A program made the position numbers and the translations under genes. The notes below the pieces were generated by a model that was not told where the DNA came from, searched no databases, and was given only the letters and a program-made list of their open reading frames with translations. Below are positions 1 through 8,913 of a stretch of DNA of 64,000 nucleotides, piece by piece. Within the stretch, counting starts at the first letter, position 1. Every line of letters begins with the position of its first letter. Location: NCBI GenBank assembly GCA_963770835.1, contig CAVYRH010000004.1, positions 32,001-96,000 on the forward strand, given 5' to 3'. This DNA is from an uncultured Pseudomonadota bacterium. Its GTDB lineage: Bacteria > Oederibacteriota > Muellerivitia > Muellerivitales > Muellerivitaceae.

Positions 1-659
1 ACCGAGGGCAGGATGAGCCGCGCCGCGCAATAGGTGCCCACCTGGGGAATGACGAAAAGCAGGGCGGTGCCGAACCGGGCGGTCTGGAAGAAGGAGGGCA
101 TCCAGGTATGCAGCGGCAGGATGCCCTTTCGGATGAGAACGGCGGCCACCAAGGGCAAGCAGGCCCATTGGGAGGGCCCGGCGGCCACCCCCAGCGTGAA
201 AAGCAATACCGAAGCCGCCATGTAAAAAGCGAAGAGGCGGGACCTTGCCTCGAACCAGGGCAAAACCGGGCCCGCCGCGAAAAGAAAAGCCAGGAACCAC
301 GGGTTCACGGTCGAGAAGGTCAAGAAGAGGATGGCTTCGGAGGCGAGGAACTTAGCCGACAGTTCGGGCGTACGGTGGGACTTGGGCATGGTGAAAAGCA
401 CCGCCGCCGTCGTGACCGCGCAGCAAAAGACCAGCGGTGCGCCCAACTCGTCAAGGGTGAGGAGGGGGAACCAGGGGTCCACGACGGCCTTGTGGGATCC
501 CAGCTCGATCCAGGAGGCCGCCGCCATCATCAGCCCCAGGAGGGTGGCGCCGATGCCGATTTCGTGGGAAGCCTCCCGCCAAAGGAAAACCGCGCCGATG
601 CCAAGCACCGGGGAAAGAAAGAGCAAGGTGAGCCAGGGAAAATGGAGCGTGGAAATCAT
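1..659 (-). CDS. Proton-conducting membrane transporter subunit (NuoM/MrpD-like), third gene of the DAB operon; runs off the window
   Basis: Manual translation from ATG 659 is open to the window edge: MISTLHFPWLTLL...IRKGILPLHTWMP. Hydrophobic, with a PF00361-type PLHxWxP motif. Absent from the ORF track because there is no stop in the window. Confidence 0.8.
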   Translation of the reverse strand, partial: MISTLHFPWLTLLFLSPVLGIGAVFLWREASHEIGIGATLLGLMMAAASWIELGSHKAVVDPWFPLLTLDELGAPLVFCCAVTTAAVLFTMPKSHRTPELSAKFLASEAILFLTFSTVNPWFLAFLFAAGPVLPWFEARSRLFAFYMAASVLLFTLGVAAGPSQWACLPLVAAVLIRKGILPLHTWMPSFFQTARFGTALLFVIPQVGTYCAARLILPS

Positions 660-685
660 CGCGAAGCCTCTTTACTGCTATCGCT

Positions 686-790
686 GTGCCCCCCCTTTGA
701 AAAAGGGGGGAAGGAGGGTATTAGATTTTTAAAAATGACAAGCGAAAGGCTAACTCCCCCTCTATCCCCCTCTTTCAGAGGGGGAAAAAC
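686..790. repeat. Paired palindromic repeat (CCCCCTTTGAAAAAGGGGG / CCCCCTCTTTCAGAGGGGG)
   Basis: Two related hairpins in inverted arrangement between dabB and the downstream subunit. Confidence 0.75.
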
Positions 791-813
791 CATCCGGTCA
801 AAATTGCTTCTAG

Positions 814-2088
814 TCATTTCTCCCGCCCTTCGAAACGGCCCACCCACCAGAGCTCCAACCGGTCAAGGAAAGTTGCGGCAGCCAAAAAGGGCCGCGCCAC
901 CCAGTCACGAAGCACGGCCTCCAGGTAGCCCCGCTCTAGGGCCGCCCTGTAAAGCCGGAACCTAAGGCGCAAGGGAAGAATTTTTTCGTAGTGAAGGCCC
1001 GTGCGGGGCAGGTGGCTGCCCACCGCGTTTTCGATGTGGTGCATGTCGTGCAGCAGCGAGGGCGCCCGGAGGAACTGGAGGGTCCTTAAACAAGCATGGC
1101 CCAAGAGGTGGATGAGCGGTATGAGCCGAAGCCCCAGGCCGATCTCCGCCACGATGACGCCCACCTGGGTCAAGGAGGCGAAGGCCAGGGCGCATTTGAT
1201 GTCCGTCTGGGCCCGGCCCACGAAGGTGCCGTGGAGGGCGGTGGCGACGCCCAAGGCGACGACGAGCCAGGCCACGGCCGGGTTGGCGTCCAGGAGCGGG
1301 GCCGCCCGCAAGAGAAGGAAGGCCCCCAAGTGCACCGAAAGGGCCCCGTAAAAAATGGCGCTGGAAGGCGTAGGGCCCTCCATGGCGCGCGGCAGCCAGT
1401 TGGAAAAGGGAACCAAGGCCGATTTTCCCATGGCGGCCAAAAGGATCAGCAGGGCCAGGCTCCAATGTCCCGAGTTAAAGACGATATCGAAAGCGCCGGT
1501 CCCGGTCCAATGGTGGGCCAGGCAGGCCGCGAAAATCAGCCCCAGGTCCCCGATGCGGTAGATGGTCCAGACCCGCAGGGCGTTGCGTACCGGCTCCGGC
1601 CTTTCGTGGAAGAAGGCGATCAAGAGCGCCGAGGAAAGGCCCAACAGTTCCCAAGCCGCCAGGAGCGTTTCCATGGAGCCCGCCAGGGCCGCGAATTCCA
1701 TGCCCACGGTGAAGAGTGAGAAAAGCACGAAGAAGCGGTTATAGCCGGCCTCCTTGTGCAGGTAGCGGTGGGCGAAGATGCCGGTGACCCCGCATAAAAG
1801 CAGGATCAGCACCAGGAAGGGCAGGGAGAGCCAATCCAAGATCAGCCGGAACTCGAAGGTTTGGCCCGCGATCACGCCGAAGGGGGAAAAGGCCAGTTCG
1901 GTGTGGGAAGGACAAAACAAGATAAGCCCCAAGGACGCGGCGAAGGCGGGGACGAGGGTGAAGGGAACCAGGTAGCCGGTGGCCCGCTCGGAAAGGGGCC
2001 GGTCCACCAGGGAAAAAAGCGAAAGCAAAAAGAAGAGCAGGGTAGGAAGCCCCAGGGTGATCAGAAGAAGGAGGTTCATGACATTCAT
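814..2088 (-). CDS. dabB: DabB-like inorganic carbon transporter membrane subunit (NuoL/MrpA-like)
   Basis: Multi-TM protein with AWELLGLSS, YRIGDLG and GKSALVPFSNWLPRAMEGPTPSSA motifs; lies directly downstream of a DUF2309 gene. Confidence 0.85.
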   Translation of the reverse strand: MNVMNLLLLITLGLPTLLFFLLSLFSLVDRPLSERATGYLVPFTLVPAFAASLGLILFCPSHTELAFSPFGVIAGQTFEFRLILDWLSLPFLVLILLLCGVTGIFAHRYLHKEAGYNRFFVLFSLFTVGMEFAALAGSMETLLAAWELLGLSSALLIAFFHERPEPVRNALRVWTIYRIGDLGLIFAACLAHHWTGTGAFDIVFNSGHWSLALLILLAAMGKSALVPFSNWLPRAMEGPTPSSAIFYGALSVHLGAFLLLRAAPLLDANPAVAWLVVALGVATALHGTFVGRAQTDIKCALAFASLTQVGVIVAEIGLGLRLIPLIHLLGHACLRTLQFLRAPSLLHDMHHIENAVGSHLPRTGLHYEKILPLRLRFRLYRAALERGYLEAVLRDWVARPFLAAATFLDRLELWWVGRFEGREK

Positions 2089-2119
2089 CGGCTTGACCTG
2101 AGGTAAGAAGAATTAAAAA

Positions 2120-2266
2120 GGGTTTCAGAAAATTCAACTTCACCCTCACCCCATCCCTCTCCCCTCAAGGGAGAGGGAGTAAAATCCGCATAAAACCTAT
2201 TTCCCCTCGCCCCTTGGGGGAGAGGGTTAGGGTGAGGGGTGTTGTCGAAGATAATTTTTGAGAAGT
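2120..2266. repeat. CCCTCACCC..CCTCTCCC palindromic repeat doublet
   Basis: CCCTCACCCCATCCCTCTCCCCTCAAGGGAGAGGG followed by inverted CCCTCGCCCCTTGGGGGAGAGGGTTAGGGTGAGGG; same core as the MITEs elsewhere in the window. Confidence 0.85.
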
Positions 2267-5266
2267 TCATGGCATGATCCTCGCGTAATCCAGGTGACCG
2301 CTTTTGCCCTGGTACCACTCCAAGGAAGAAGAGACCTGGGGCAGGCTGGGGTTTTCCGGCTGGTAGGGTTCGAAACGGCCTTCGTGAAAAACGAGGATTT
2401 CATTTTTTGCGGGGTCCCACACGGCCAATTGGATCCAACGGTTCTTGACAAGGCGCTCCACTGCCGGCAGGCGGGAAAGGGCGCCCTTAAGCCGCTCCAA
2501 GGGGGATTCCACCACCAAAAGCAGCCTCACCGGTTCGTGGATCTCCACCATCTGCCAGGGAAGACCGGTCCTCAGGTCGCTGGCATGGCCATCCATGACC
2601 CCCAGCATGCCGGTGATGTTGTGGGGAAGTTTGGTGCCGCAGCCGTAGCCGCCGCGGTCGGTGAAGGAAAAGTAATATTCCAGGTTGATCCCGCCGCAGA
2701 CCGGCCCCACGGCCTGGAGCACCCGGGTGAGCAGGTCGCCGTCCGGGTCGGATGGGGGGGCGTAGGAGGCGAGGAAGGCCCGCCGGTCCATGAAAAGGCC
2801 CCGGGTGCAGGCCCGCCTTCCCACCACCGCCACCGCGTTGGTGGCGTGGCCGTATTCGGGCCTCACCTGCGCCAGGTCCTCGGTGCGGTCCGCCATGGCC
2901 CTCAAAGCCCCCAGGGGGGTGATGTCGGGCGGAACGTTGTCGAAACGGCGGCTGCGCTCCTGGGCGCCCAGGGCGGCTGCGCGGCCCAAGGCCACCTGGG
3001 CCCGGCGAAGATCCGCCGCGTGGGAGGGGGGGAGGCGGTCCAGGTCGTAATAGTCCATGAGGTCGTTGCAGGTGTTGTGATAAGCGGCCACGAAGACGGT
3101 GGCCTCGGGGATTCCCAGATGCCGCCTCACCTCCGGGTCATTGGCCATCAGCGCGAAGACCCGGGCGTTGGGGCCGCCCCGGCCCCCGCCGCAGGCGCCG
3201 CAATCATGCGCCGATTCATGCGGGTTGTTCAGGCTGGAGGAGCCGTGCCCGACGATGACCACCAACCGGGAAAGATTTTTCAATAATCCCGTCTCTTCCA
3301 GGATTTTTCCGACCACCTGTGCGGCCTCCCCGGTGGTGTAGTTCCATTCCAACCGGGTTTTGGCGGAGGCGGTTTCAAAACTGGAACGGAGTTTCGCCGC
3401 GTGCCGCGGGAAGGCGACGCGCAATATCAGGGGGAGGGCGGCCAGGGTGCCGAAGAGGCCGCTCAAGAGGGTCCCCCGCACTCCCGTGCGGCTTCCCACG
3501 TGGAAAGCGTAGGCCGTATGGCCCCAGGCCTTGCGCAGCGAGCGGGACTCCTCCTCCAACGGCTTTTCTTTCACCCAATGGGTGGGTTTGACCAGGATGG
3601 GGCAAAGGGGGACCGAGTGGGCGTCCTCCGCGCCCTGGTAATACATGGCCAGGCCGAAATATCCCGCCGTCCCGAAGGTTTCGCAGGAAGGCTCGGTTTC
3701 CTCCAGGTGCCGCCGGAAGGATTCCTCGCGCTCGTCCAAACAACACAAGGCTTGAAATCGAGGGGAACCGGCTTGGGGACCCATTTCACCCTCTCCCTCG
3801 AGCTTTGGTTTTGAGGGTACACAGGGGGCTTTCCCTGTGAGCGCTTCTGGGGAGATGGGTCGGGGTGAGGGTGATTTTTCCTGAGTCGCCACCCTCACCC
3901 TTTCCCTCTCCCCAAAGGCGTTCATAGGGGAAATGCCCCCTATGCTACCCCTCAAAACCACATCCAAGGGGCGAGGGGAATTGTTAAATTTGAGTTGGTT
4001 ATTGAAATCTGTGGATTGCGTGGATCTTTCCCCGGTTTGAGCTAAAAGGGCGTCCAGGGTCTTGATGCGGTAGCGCCGTTCGTAGGCCAGGTGAAAAAGA
4101 CGGCGCCGTTCCAAGGAAGGGAATGACTCGATTTCTTTTAATAGTTTGTCCGGGGAATTGTTCCGGACCCTTTCCCCCGGCCAGCCCAAAACCTGGGCCG
4201 CCTGGTAGAGGCTATAAGCGCGCATGGCGACGGTCCTGGGGGATTCGGGGGGGGACATCTTTCTTAAATCCGGAAGCGGGAGATGGGCGCGGCCCGTGAC
4301 ATAAGCAACGGCTTGTTCTTCCAGCAGGAGCCGGACGGCGGCGAATTCCAACAGCGACCCCGGCGGGGAGGGGATGAAGGCGCGGTCCGGACGCTCCTCG
4401 ATCTGGCGCAGGAGGCCCGGCCAGCCCCGCAAAGCCAGCATCATTTCCTCGATATAGGCCTCCCATTCCCCGGGGGGGATTTGGAGGTTCCGGAGCGATT
4501 GAACGATGGAAGCGGCGGCGTTTCTTCGCCCCTTGAACCTGGCGCCGAAGCCCTTGAGCCAGGCGTCCGGCAAGGGGGCGTAGCGGTAGGTTTGCGTGAA
4601 GGAGCCCAGGAAGCCCAGGCTGCGGCTGGGCAGGCGCCAATAGGCGATGCCCTGGTCGCAAAAGGCCGCGCAAAAGCGGATGAGAAGCGGATGAAGCAGG
4701 GCGTCCACGTCCTCGCCCGTGAGCTCGAGGAGTTGGTCCCGGTACCGGGCCTTCCGGGGGAGGGGCAAGTGAACCGGCCCCAGGGGCTCGACGGCCGCCC
4801 GGCAGGCCTCCCACAGGTTCCGGTCCATGGGCTTATCGGATTCGTTCAGGTGCCAATCCAATTCCTTGTCGTCGGGCTCGTGAAGGCCCACCGCCATCAA
4901 GGCCAGCCTCAGTTCCAAGCGGGTGGTCGCGTCTGCGATGGCTTCATTGCTATGAACGCCCAGGTCCTCGGAAAGGACGGCGCGCAGGTCGCCGGTGAGG
5001 ATGCGGCCTTGAAGCCATTCCTTCCGGTAGTCCTCCTCGTCCAGGTAGGGCCTGCAGCCGAAGAGATACCCTGCCTTCACCACGGCCTCCTCGAAGGGGA
5101 GGTGCTCGAAAGCGTGGAGGGTGTTGTGATGGACGAAAACGCGGATAGGGCCCTGGGCCGGCAGGAGGTGGGCGGCATGTTCCACCATCCTCCGGACGTC
5201 CTCTTCGGGGCTTGGGAGCTGGCTTTCAGTCTTTTCCGGGTTCAAGGAAGATGAGGGGAGGGTCAT
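2267..5266 (-). CDS. dabA: DabA (DUF2309/UPF0753) beta-carbonic-anhydrase-like subunit, with an in-frame repeat-derived insert
   Basis: LPAQGPIRVFVHHNTL N-terminal motif; Zn-ligand motifs CCLDEREESFRRHLE and GHGS...SAHDCGACGG; QVRPEYGHA; INLEYYFS. Confidence 0.9.
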   Translation of the reverse strand: MTLPSSSLNPEKTESQLPSPEEDVRRMVEHAAHLLPAQGPIRVFVHHNTLHAFEHLPFEEAVVKAGYLFGCRPYLDEEDYRKEWLQGRILTGDLRAVLSEDLGVHSNEAIADATTRLELRLALMAVGLHEPDDKELDWHLNESDKPMDRNLWEACRAAVEPLGPVHLPLPRKARYRDQLLELTGEDVDALLHPLLIRFCAAFCDQGIAYWRLPSRSLGFLGSFTQTYRYAPLPDAWLKGFGARFKGRRNAAASIVQSLRNLQIPPGEWEAYIEEMMLALRGWPGLLRQIEERPDRAFIPSPPGSLLEFAAVRLLLEEQAVAYVTGRAHLPLPDLRKMSPPESPRTVAMRAYSLYQAAQVLGWPGERVRNNSPDKLLKEIESFPSLERRRLFHLAYERRYRIKTLDALLAQTGERSTQSTDFNNQLKFNNSPRPLDVVLRGSIGGISPMNAFGERERVRVATQEKSPSPRPISPEALTGKAPCVPSKPKLEGEGEMGPQAGSPRFQALCCLDEREESFRRHLEETEPSCETFGTAGYFGLAMYYQGAEDAHSVPLCPILVKPTHWVKEKPLEEESRSLRKAWGHTAYAFHVGSRTGVRGTLLSGLFGTLAALPLILRVAFPRHAAKLRSSFETASAKTRLEWNYTTGEAAQVVGKILEETGLLKNLSRLVVIVGHGSSSLNNPHESAHDCGACGGGRGGPNARVFALMANDPEVRRHLGIPEATVFVAAYHNTCNDLMDYYDLDRLPPSHAADLRRAQVALGRAAALGAQERSRRFDNVPPDITPLGALRAMADRTEDLAQVRPEYGHATNAVAVVGRRACTRGLFMDRRAFLASYAPPSDPDGDLLTRVLQAVGPVCGGINLEYYFSFTDRGGYGCGTKLPHNITGMLGVMDGHASDLRTGLPWQMVEIHEPVRLLLVVESPLERLKGALSRLPAVERLVKNRWIQLAVWDPAKNEILVFHEGRFEPYQPENPSLPQVSSSLEWYQGKSGHLDYARIMP
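3778..4031. repeat. Palindromic repeat element inserted in frame inside dabA
   Basis: Contains CCCTCTCCC/GGGAGATGGGTCGGGGTGAGGG and CCCTCACCCTTTCCCTCTCCCC cores; flanked by the imperfect direct repeat CCGGCTTGGG/CCGGTTTGAG with 264-bp spacing. Confidence 0.8.
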
Positions 5267-5279
5267 GGGCGGGCCGGCG

Positions 5280-5612
5280 TCATTCTTTTCCCAGGTGATC
5301 CAATACTTCCTGGCTTTCCTTCAGCTTTTTTTTTAGGAAAAGGGAGACGTGTTTCAAAACGTCGTAAATGCCCTTGTCCCGCACCGAATAAAACACAGTC
5401 ACCTTCTGCTGGCGGGAGTTCAGGATGCCCGCCTGCTTCAAGATGGACAGGTGTTTGGAAAGGCCGGACTGCTCCATTTCCAGGGCCTTGACCATCTCGT
5501 TGACGGATTTTTCTCCGTGCTTCAAGTGCTCGATGATCTTGAGCCGCCCCGGATGGGAAAGGGCCTTCAAGAAATCCGACTTGATTTTGAAAACGAACAA
5601 AGGGTCGATCAT
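5280..5612 (-). CDS. ArsR/SmtB family transcriptional regulator
   Basis: FLKALSHPGRLKII...QSGLSKHLSILKQAGI...VFYS. Start 5612 is preferred because the upstream ATG (5642) lies inside the operator-like palindrome. Confidence 0.88.
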   Translation of the reverse strand: MIDPLFVFKIKSDFLKALSHPGRLKIIEHLKHGEKSVNEMVKALEMEQSGLSKHLSILKQAGILNSRQQKVTVFYSVRDKGIYDVLKHVSLFLKKKLKESQEVLDHLGKE

Positions 5613-5618
5613 AGTTAA

Positions 5619-5642
5619 ATGAATATATTCCAATCTATTCAT
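5619..5642. promoter_or_regulatory. Candidate ArsR operator
   Basis: ATGAATATATTC-CAATCTATTCAT, an inverted repeat matching 10/12, immediately upstream of the ArsR gene. Confidence 0.55.
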
Positions 5643-5844
5643 ATATACAATCGGGCAAATCTAAAAGATTAAGCGAAAAATTGAACCACATGCCACCCTT
5701 CCATCAAGAAGTTAAAGAGGGTGGTATAGTCCCACAGTTCCTTAACAACATTTTCAATAGGACATGTGGGACAGAGTTCACGGAGTACACAGAGTAAGGC
5801 TTAAAGACTCACAAATAATGTTGTCCGAGACACTAATGAATTAA

Positions 5845-5984
5845 GGACACCCCTAAAAATCCCAAAAACGACCGTTGTGCGACTGTAGGGGCAGGCCTCC
5901 GCGCCTGCCCGGACTTTGTTTTCAGCGGTTTCCGTCAAGGGCGGCCACGGTGGGCCGCCCCTACAAGAATTTTTAGAGGCGCCC
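5845..5984. mobile_element. MITE-like element carrying a GTAG-type REP doublet
   Basis: Ends GGACACCCCTAAAAAT / ATTTTTAGAGGCGCCC, TTAA on both flanks, internal TGTAGGGGC...GCCCCTACA. Confidence 0.7.
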
Positions 5985-6075
5985 TTAACTCTGTGTCCTC
6001 TGTGGTTAAAAGAGGTTTTGTTGGAAGTTCTTATCCTTCGGTTAAGCCCCGCGGGATTTGACCCGCCCTCGGAGC

Positions 6076-6864
6076 CTATCCTTCCGTTAAGTCGTGGGAG
6101 GAGAGGTCGTAGGGCTTGGCCTGGATGTGGTGAAGGGTTCCCGCCCGCAGGGCCCTGCGTTTGACGAGCCAGTTGACCCCCCAGGTGTAAATCCGGCCGG
6201 GAATGGCCGGCTGGCGCATGAGCCGCACGGCTTTCTTGGGGACCGGAAGGCCACGGGAAAGGGCGGTGGCGGTTTTTTCCAGCGCCTTGACCGCGTGACG
6301 GGCGGCGAAGGAAGAGGAAGTCAGGGGCCTGCCCGCGGGCAGGGTCCCGCTGCCCCCCAGGGCCAATCCCCCCATCCATTGAAGTCCTTCCAATTCCGCG
6401 AAGCGCTTCAAAATGTCCAGCGCCGAATCGTTCTGGTGCGCCTCCGGAAACCGGGAATGGGCGATGGCTACCACGGCCTGCGGCGGGGGGGAGGGGCCGG
6501 GGCCAATTTGAGACTTCGTCTCTTGCCCCGGCACACCCACGACTTGCCCCTTGGCTTGTGGGCCTCGGGGCAGGGGCAGGCTTTTGCGGTGCCAGGCGTA
6601 ATCCTCCAGCACCTTCACCAGGCAGGCGGGGGGCTGGTCCAGGGTGAGGGGAAAAAGGAAAACCAGGATATCGGAGGCGTCCATCAGGCCGTGCAGGTTG
6701 GCGATGGAGGGCGCTGATTGCTTGGGGAAGGAAACATAAGCCAGGGGGGCCGCCACCGACCGCTTGGAAAGCTCCTGGGAAAGGCAGATTCCCAGCGAAT
6801 GGCTGACGCTCTTGTGGGCCTGGGGGCTGGCCACGAGGATGAGGGCCTGGCGCGGGGGAGTCAC
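6076..6864 (-). CDS. Flavodoxin-fold (NADPH-dependent FMN reductase-like) protein
   Basis: GTG 6864 overlaps the upstream stop (GTGA); ALILVASPQ, DILVFLFPLTLD, RFPEAHQ and WMGGLALGG motifs. Confidence 0.7.
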   Translation of the reverse strand: MTPPRQALILVASPQAHKSVSHSLGICLSQELSKRSVAAPLAYVSFPKQSAPSIANLHGLMDASDILVFLFPLTLDQPPACLVKVLEDYAWHRKSLPLPRGPQAKGQVVGVPGQETKSQIGPGPSPPPQAVVAIAHSRFPEAHQNDSALDILKRFAELEGLQWMGGLALGGSGTLPAGRPLTSSSFAARHAVKALEKTATALSRGLPVPKKAVRLMRQPAIPGRIYTWGVNWLVKRRALRAGTLHHIQAKPYDLSSHDLTEG

Positions 6865-7439
6865 GCGGGGACCGCCATTTTTTCGACCAGGTTCTTCACC
6901 CGTTGGTCGACCTGTTTCACCGTCATGTAATCGTAAACGAAGTCCGTGGCGAAATGGGAGCCGGAGAGGTGGAGCGTGTTGCGCCGCACCACGGTTTGGA
7001 AGATATCCTCGGTGGGAGGGTCCTCCTTGGGAAGGCCGCCTAAGGCCAGGATCTGGAACCGTTTCTCGTAGCGCGGCGGGTTGCGGACCTCGCCCCAGCG
7101 GGGGGTGAGGAAGGGGAGCAGGTGGGGGCGGGTGACCCGGTCCAGGGCGGTTTTCAAAAGGGAGCCATAGCCCCCGAAGCTCACGGGAGTCAGGAGGGCC
7201 ACCAGGTCGTGCTCCGCCAAGTGGCGGCTCAGGATGCGGGCGTCGTCGCGCACCCGGCAGAGCCCCGGCGTGTGGAGCCAGCAATGGGAGCATTCCTTGC
7301 ATCCGCTCAGGCGCAGGTTCCGCAAGGGAATGGAGAGAACTTCCCATCCGCGGTGTCCCAATTCCCTGGCCAGGAGCCCGTCGGCTTGTTCCAGGACATT
7401 GTGCCCCGTGTTGGCGCCGTTAAAGATCACCGCTTTCAT
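6861..7439 (-). CDS. Iron-sulfur flavoprotein / flavodoxin family protein
   Basis: MKAVIFNG start; CKECSHCWLHTPGLC Cys cluster; TPVSFGGY...KTALDR. Confidence 0.8.
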   Translation of the reverse strand: MKAVIFNGANTGHNVLEQADGLLARELGHRGWEVLSIPLRNLRLSGCKECSHCWLHTPGLCRVRDDARILSRHLAEHDLVALLTPVSFGGYGSLLKTALDRVTRPHLLPFLTPRWGEVRNPPRYEKRFQILALGGLPKEDPPTEDIFQTVVRRNTLHLSGSHFATDFVYDYMTVKQVDQRVKNLVEKMAVPA

Positions 7440-7606
7440 CAGCCACTTCCCCCTTTAACATTTAACCGGTTTCTATTCGAATTATGGGGGAGGAGGGAGG
7501 TGGAGATTATGACGACCGTCATAAGAAAAAGCCATGCGGCGAAATAAGAAAGTTAAAACTGATACCCGAAATTTGGATCTTGTTAAACAGACAGTTAAAT
7601 TTTTTT

Positions 7607-7789
7607 CGGAACTATGCACATGACATACAATTTAAAAACCGAGTGTTTCACAGTTGCCGTCCCCTTCTCCCTTGAGGGGAGAAGGATGGGATGAGGGTGG
7701 TTTTGAGGGTAAAAGGCACCCCTCACCCAGCCCTCTCCCCCAAGGGGAGAGGGGTTATGTTTTGCCTGTATGTCAGGTAGATAGTTCCG
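7607..7789. mobile_element. MITE, CGGAACTAT family
   Basis: 23-bp imperfect TIRs CGGAACTATGCACATGACATACA / TGTATGTCAGGTAGATAGTTCCG; 8-bp TSD ATTTTTTT; internal palindrome doublet. Confidence 0.85.
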
Positions 7790-7905
7790 ATTTTTTTTGC
7801 AAGAAAAGAAAGCTTTTCATTCTCCCCGCGGGCCCTTAGGGTTTAAGTCCAAGAATCATGAGATGACTCATTCCCCCTAGGGATTTTGCCGCCTAAAATA
7901 AATTC

Positions 7906-8900
7906 ATGAATGCCATGATTTTACCGGCCCAAGGGCGGCCCTTGCGGCTTTCCGAACTGGAAAAACCAAAACCCGCCAAGGGCCAGGTGCTGGTTTAGGT
8001 GCGCGCCTGCGGAATCTGCCGCACCGACCTGCATGTGGTGGACGGGGATTTAAAAAATCCCAAGCTGCCCCTGGTGCCGGGCCACCAGATTGTAGGCATC
8101 GTGGAAGCCCTGGGAACCGGCGTTAAAAACGCGAAGGCCGGCGACCGGGTCGGCATCCCCTGGCTGGGGGGATCCTGCGGAAGCTGCGATTACTGCCGGT
8201 CGGGCCGGGAGAACCTCTGCGATAAGGCCCTCTATACCGGTTACCAGGTCAACGGCGGCTTCGCCGAATACGCGGTGGCGGACGCACGCTTCGTCTTTTC
8301 CATTCCCAAGGATTTCCTGGACCTTGAGGCCGCGCCGCTTCTTTGCGCGGGGTTGATCGGCTGGCGGGCTTATAAGATGGCGGGGCCGGGTAAGAGGCTG
8401 GGATTTTACGGCTTCGGCGCGGCCGCCCATTTACTCACCAGGTGGCCCGGCACCAGGGCCGGGAAGTTTACGCCTTCACCCGGGCGGGCGACGGGGAATC
8501 CCAGGCCTTCGCTAGGAAGCTGGGCGCCGTATGGGCAGGAGCCTCGGGGGCTATGCCCCCCGTTTCCCTCGACGCGGCCATCCTCTTCGCGCCCGCGGGC
8601 GACCTGGTGCCTGCGGCCCTGCAAGCCGTGGCCAAGGGCGGGACGGTGGTCTGCGTGGGAATCCACATGAGCGACATCCCCTCCTTCCCCTATGAAATCC
8701 TCTGGGGAGAGCGGATTGTCCGGTCCGTGGCCAACCTGACCCGCAAGGATGGGGAGGAGTTCCTAAAGCTGGCCCCCAAGATCCCCATCCACAGCGAAGT
8801 GACGGTTTATCCGCTGGAAAAGGCCAATGAGGCCCTGTCGGACCTGCGCGAAGGCAAATTGCAAGGGGCGGCGGTGCTGCAGGTTTCTTCAGGGGATTAA
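7906..8900 (+). pseudogene. Zinc-dependent alcohol dehydrogenase family gene, disrupted
   Basis: ATG 7906; in-frame TAG at 7996-7998 just before [12 protein letters not shown]; frameshift near 8438 joins the 7999 and 8442 ORFs. Confidence 0.8.
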
Positions 8901-8913
8901 AATGAAAAAATAA

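Noticed and set aside
6076..7347. 423-aa ORF as a single gene
   Set aside because: Its N-terminal part is an off-frame shadow of 6861-7439; the credible gene starts at GTG 6864.
7996..7998. TAG readthrough (pyrrolysine or recoded stop)
   Set aside because: TAG ends ordinary genes here (e.g. 15567, 28562, 42937), and the same gene also has a frameshift.
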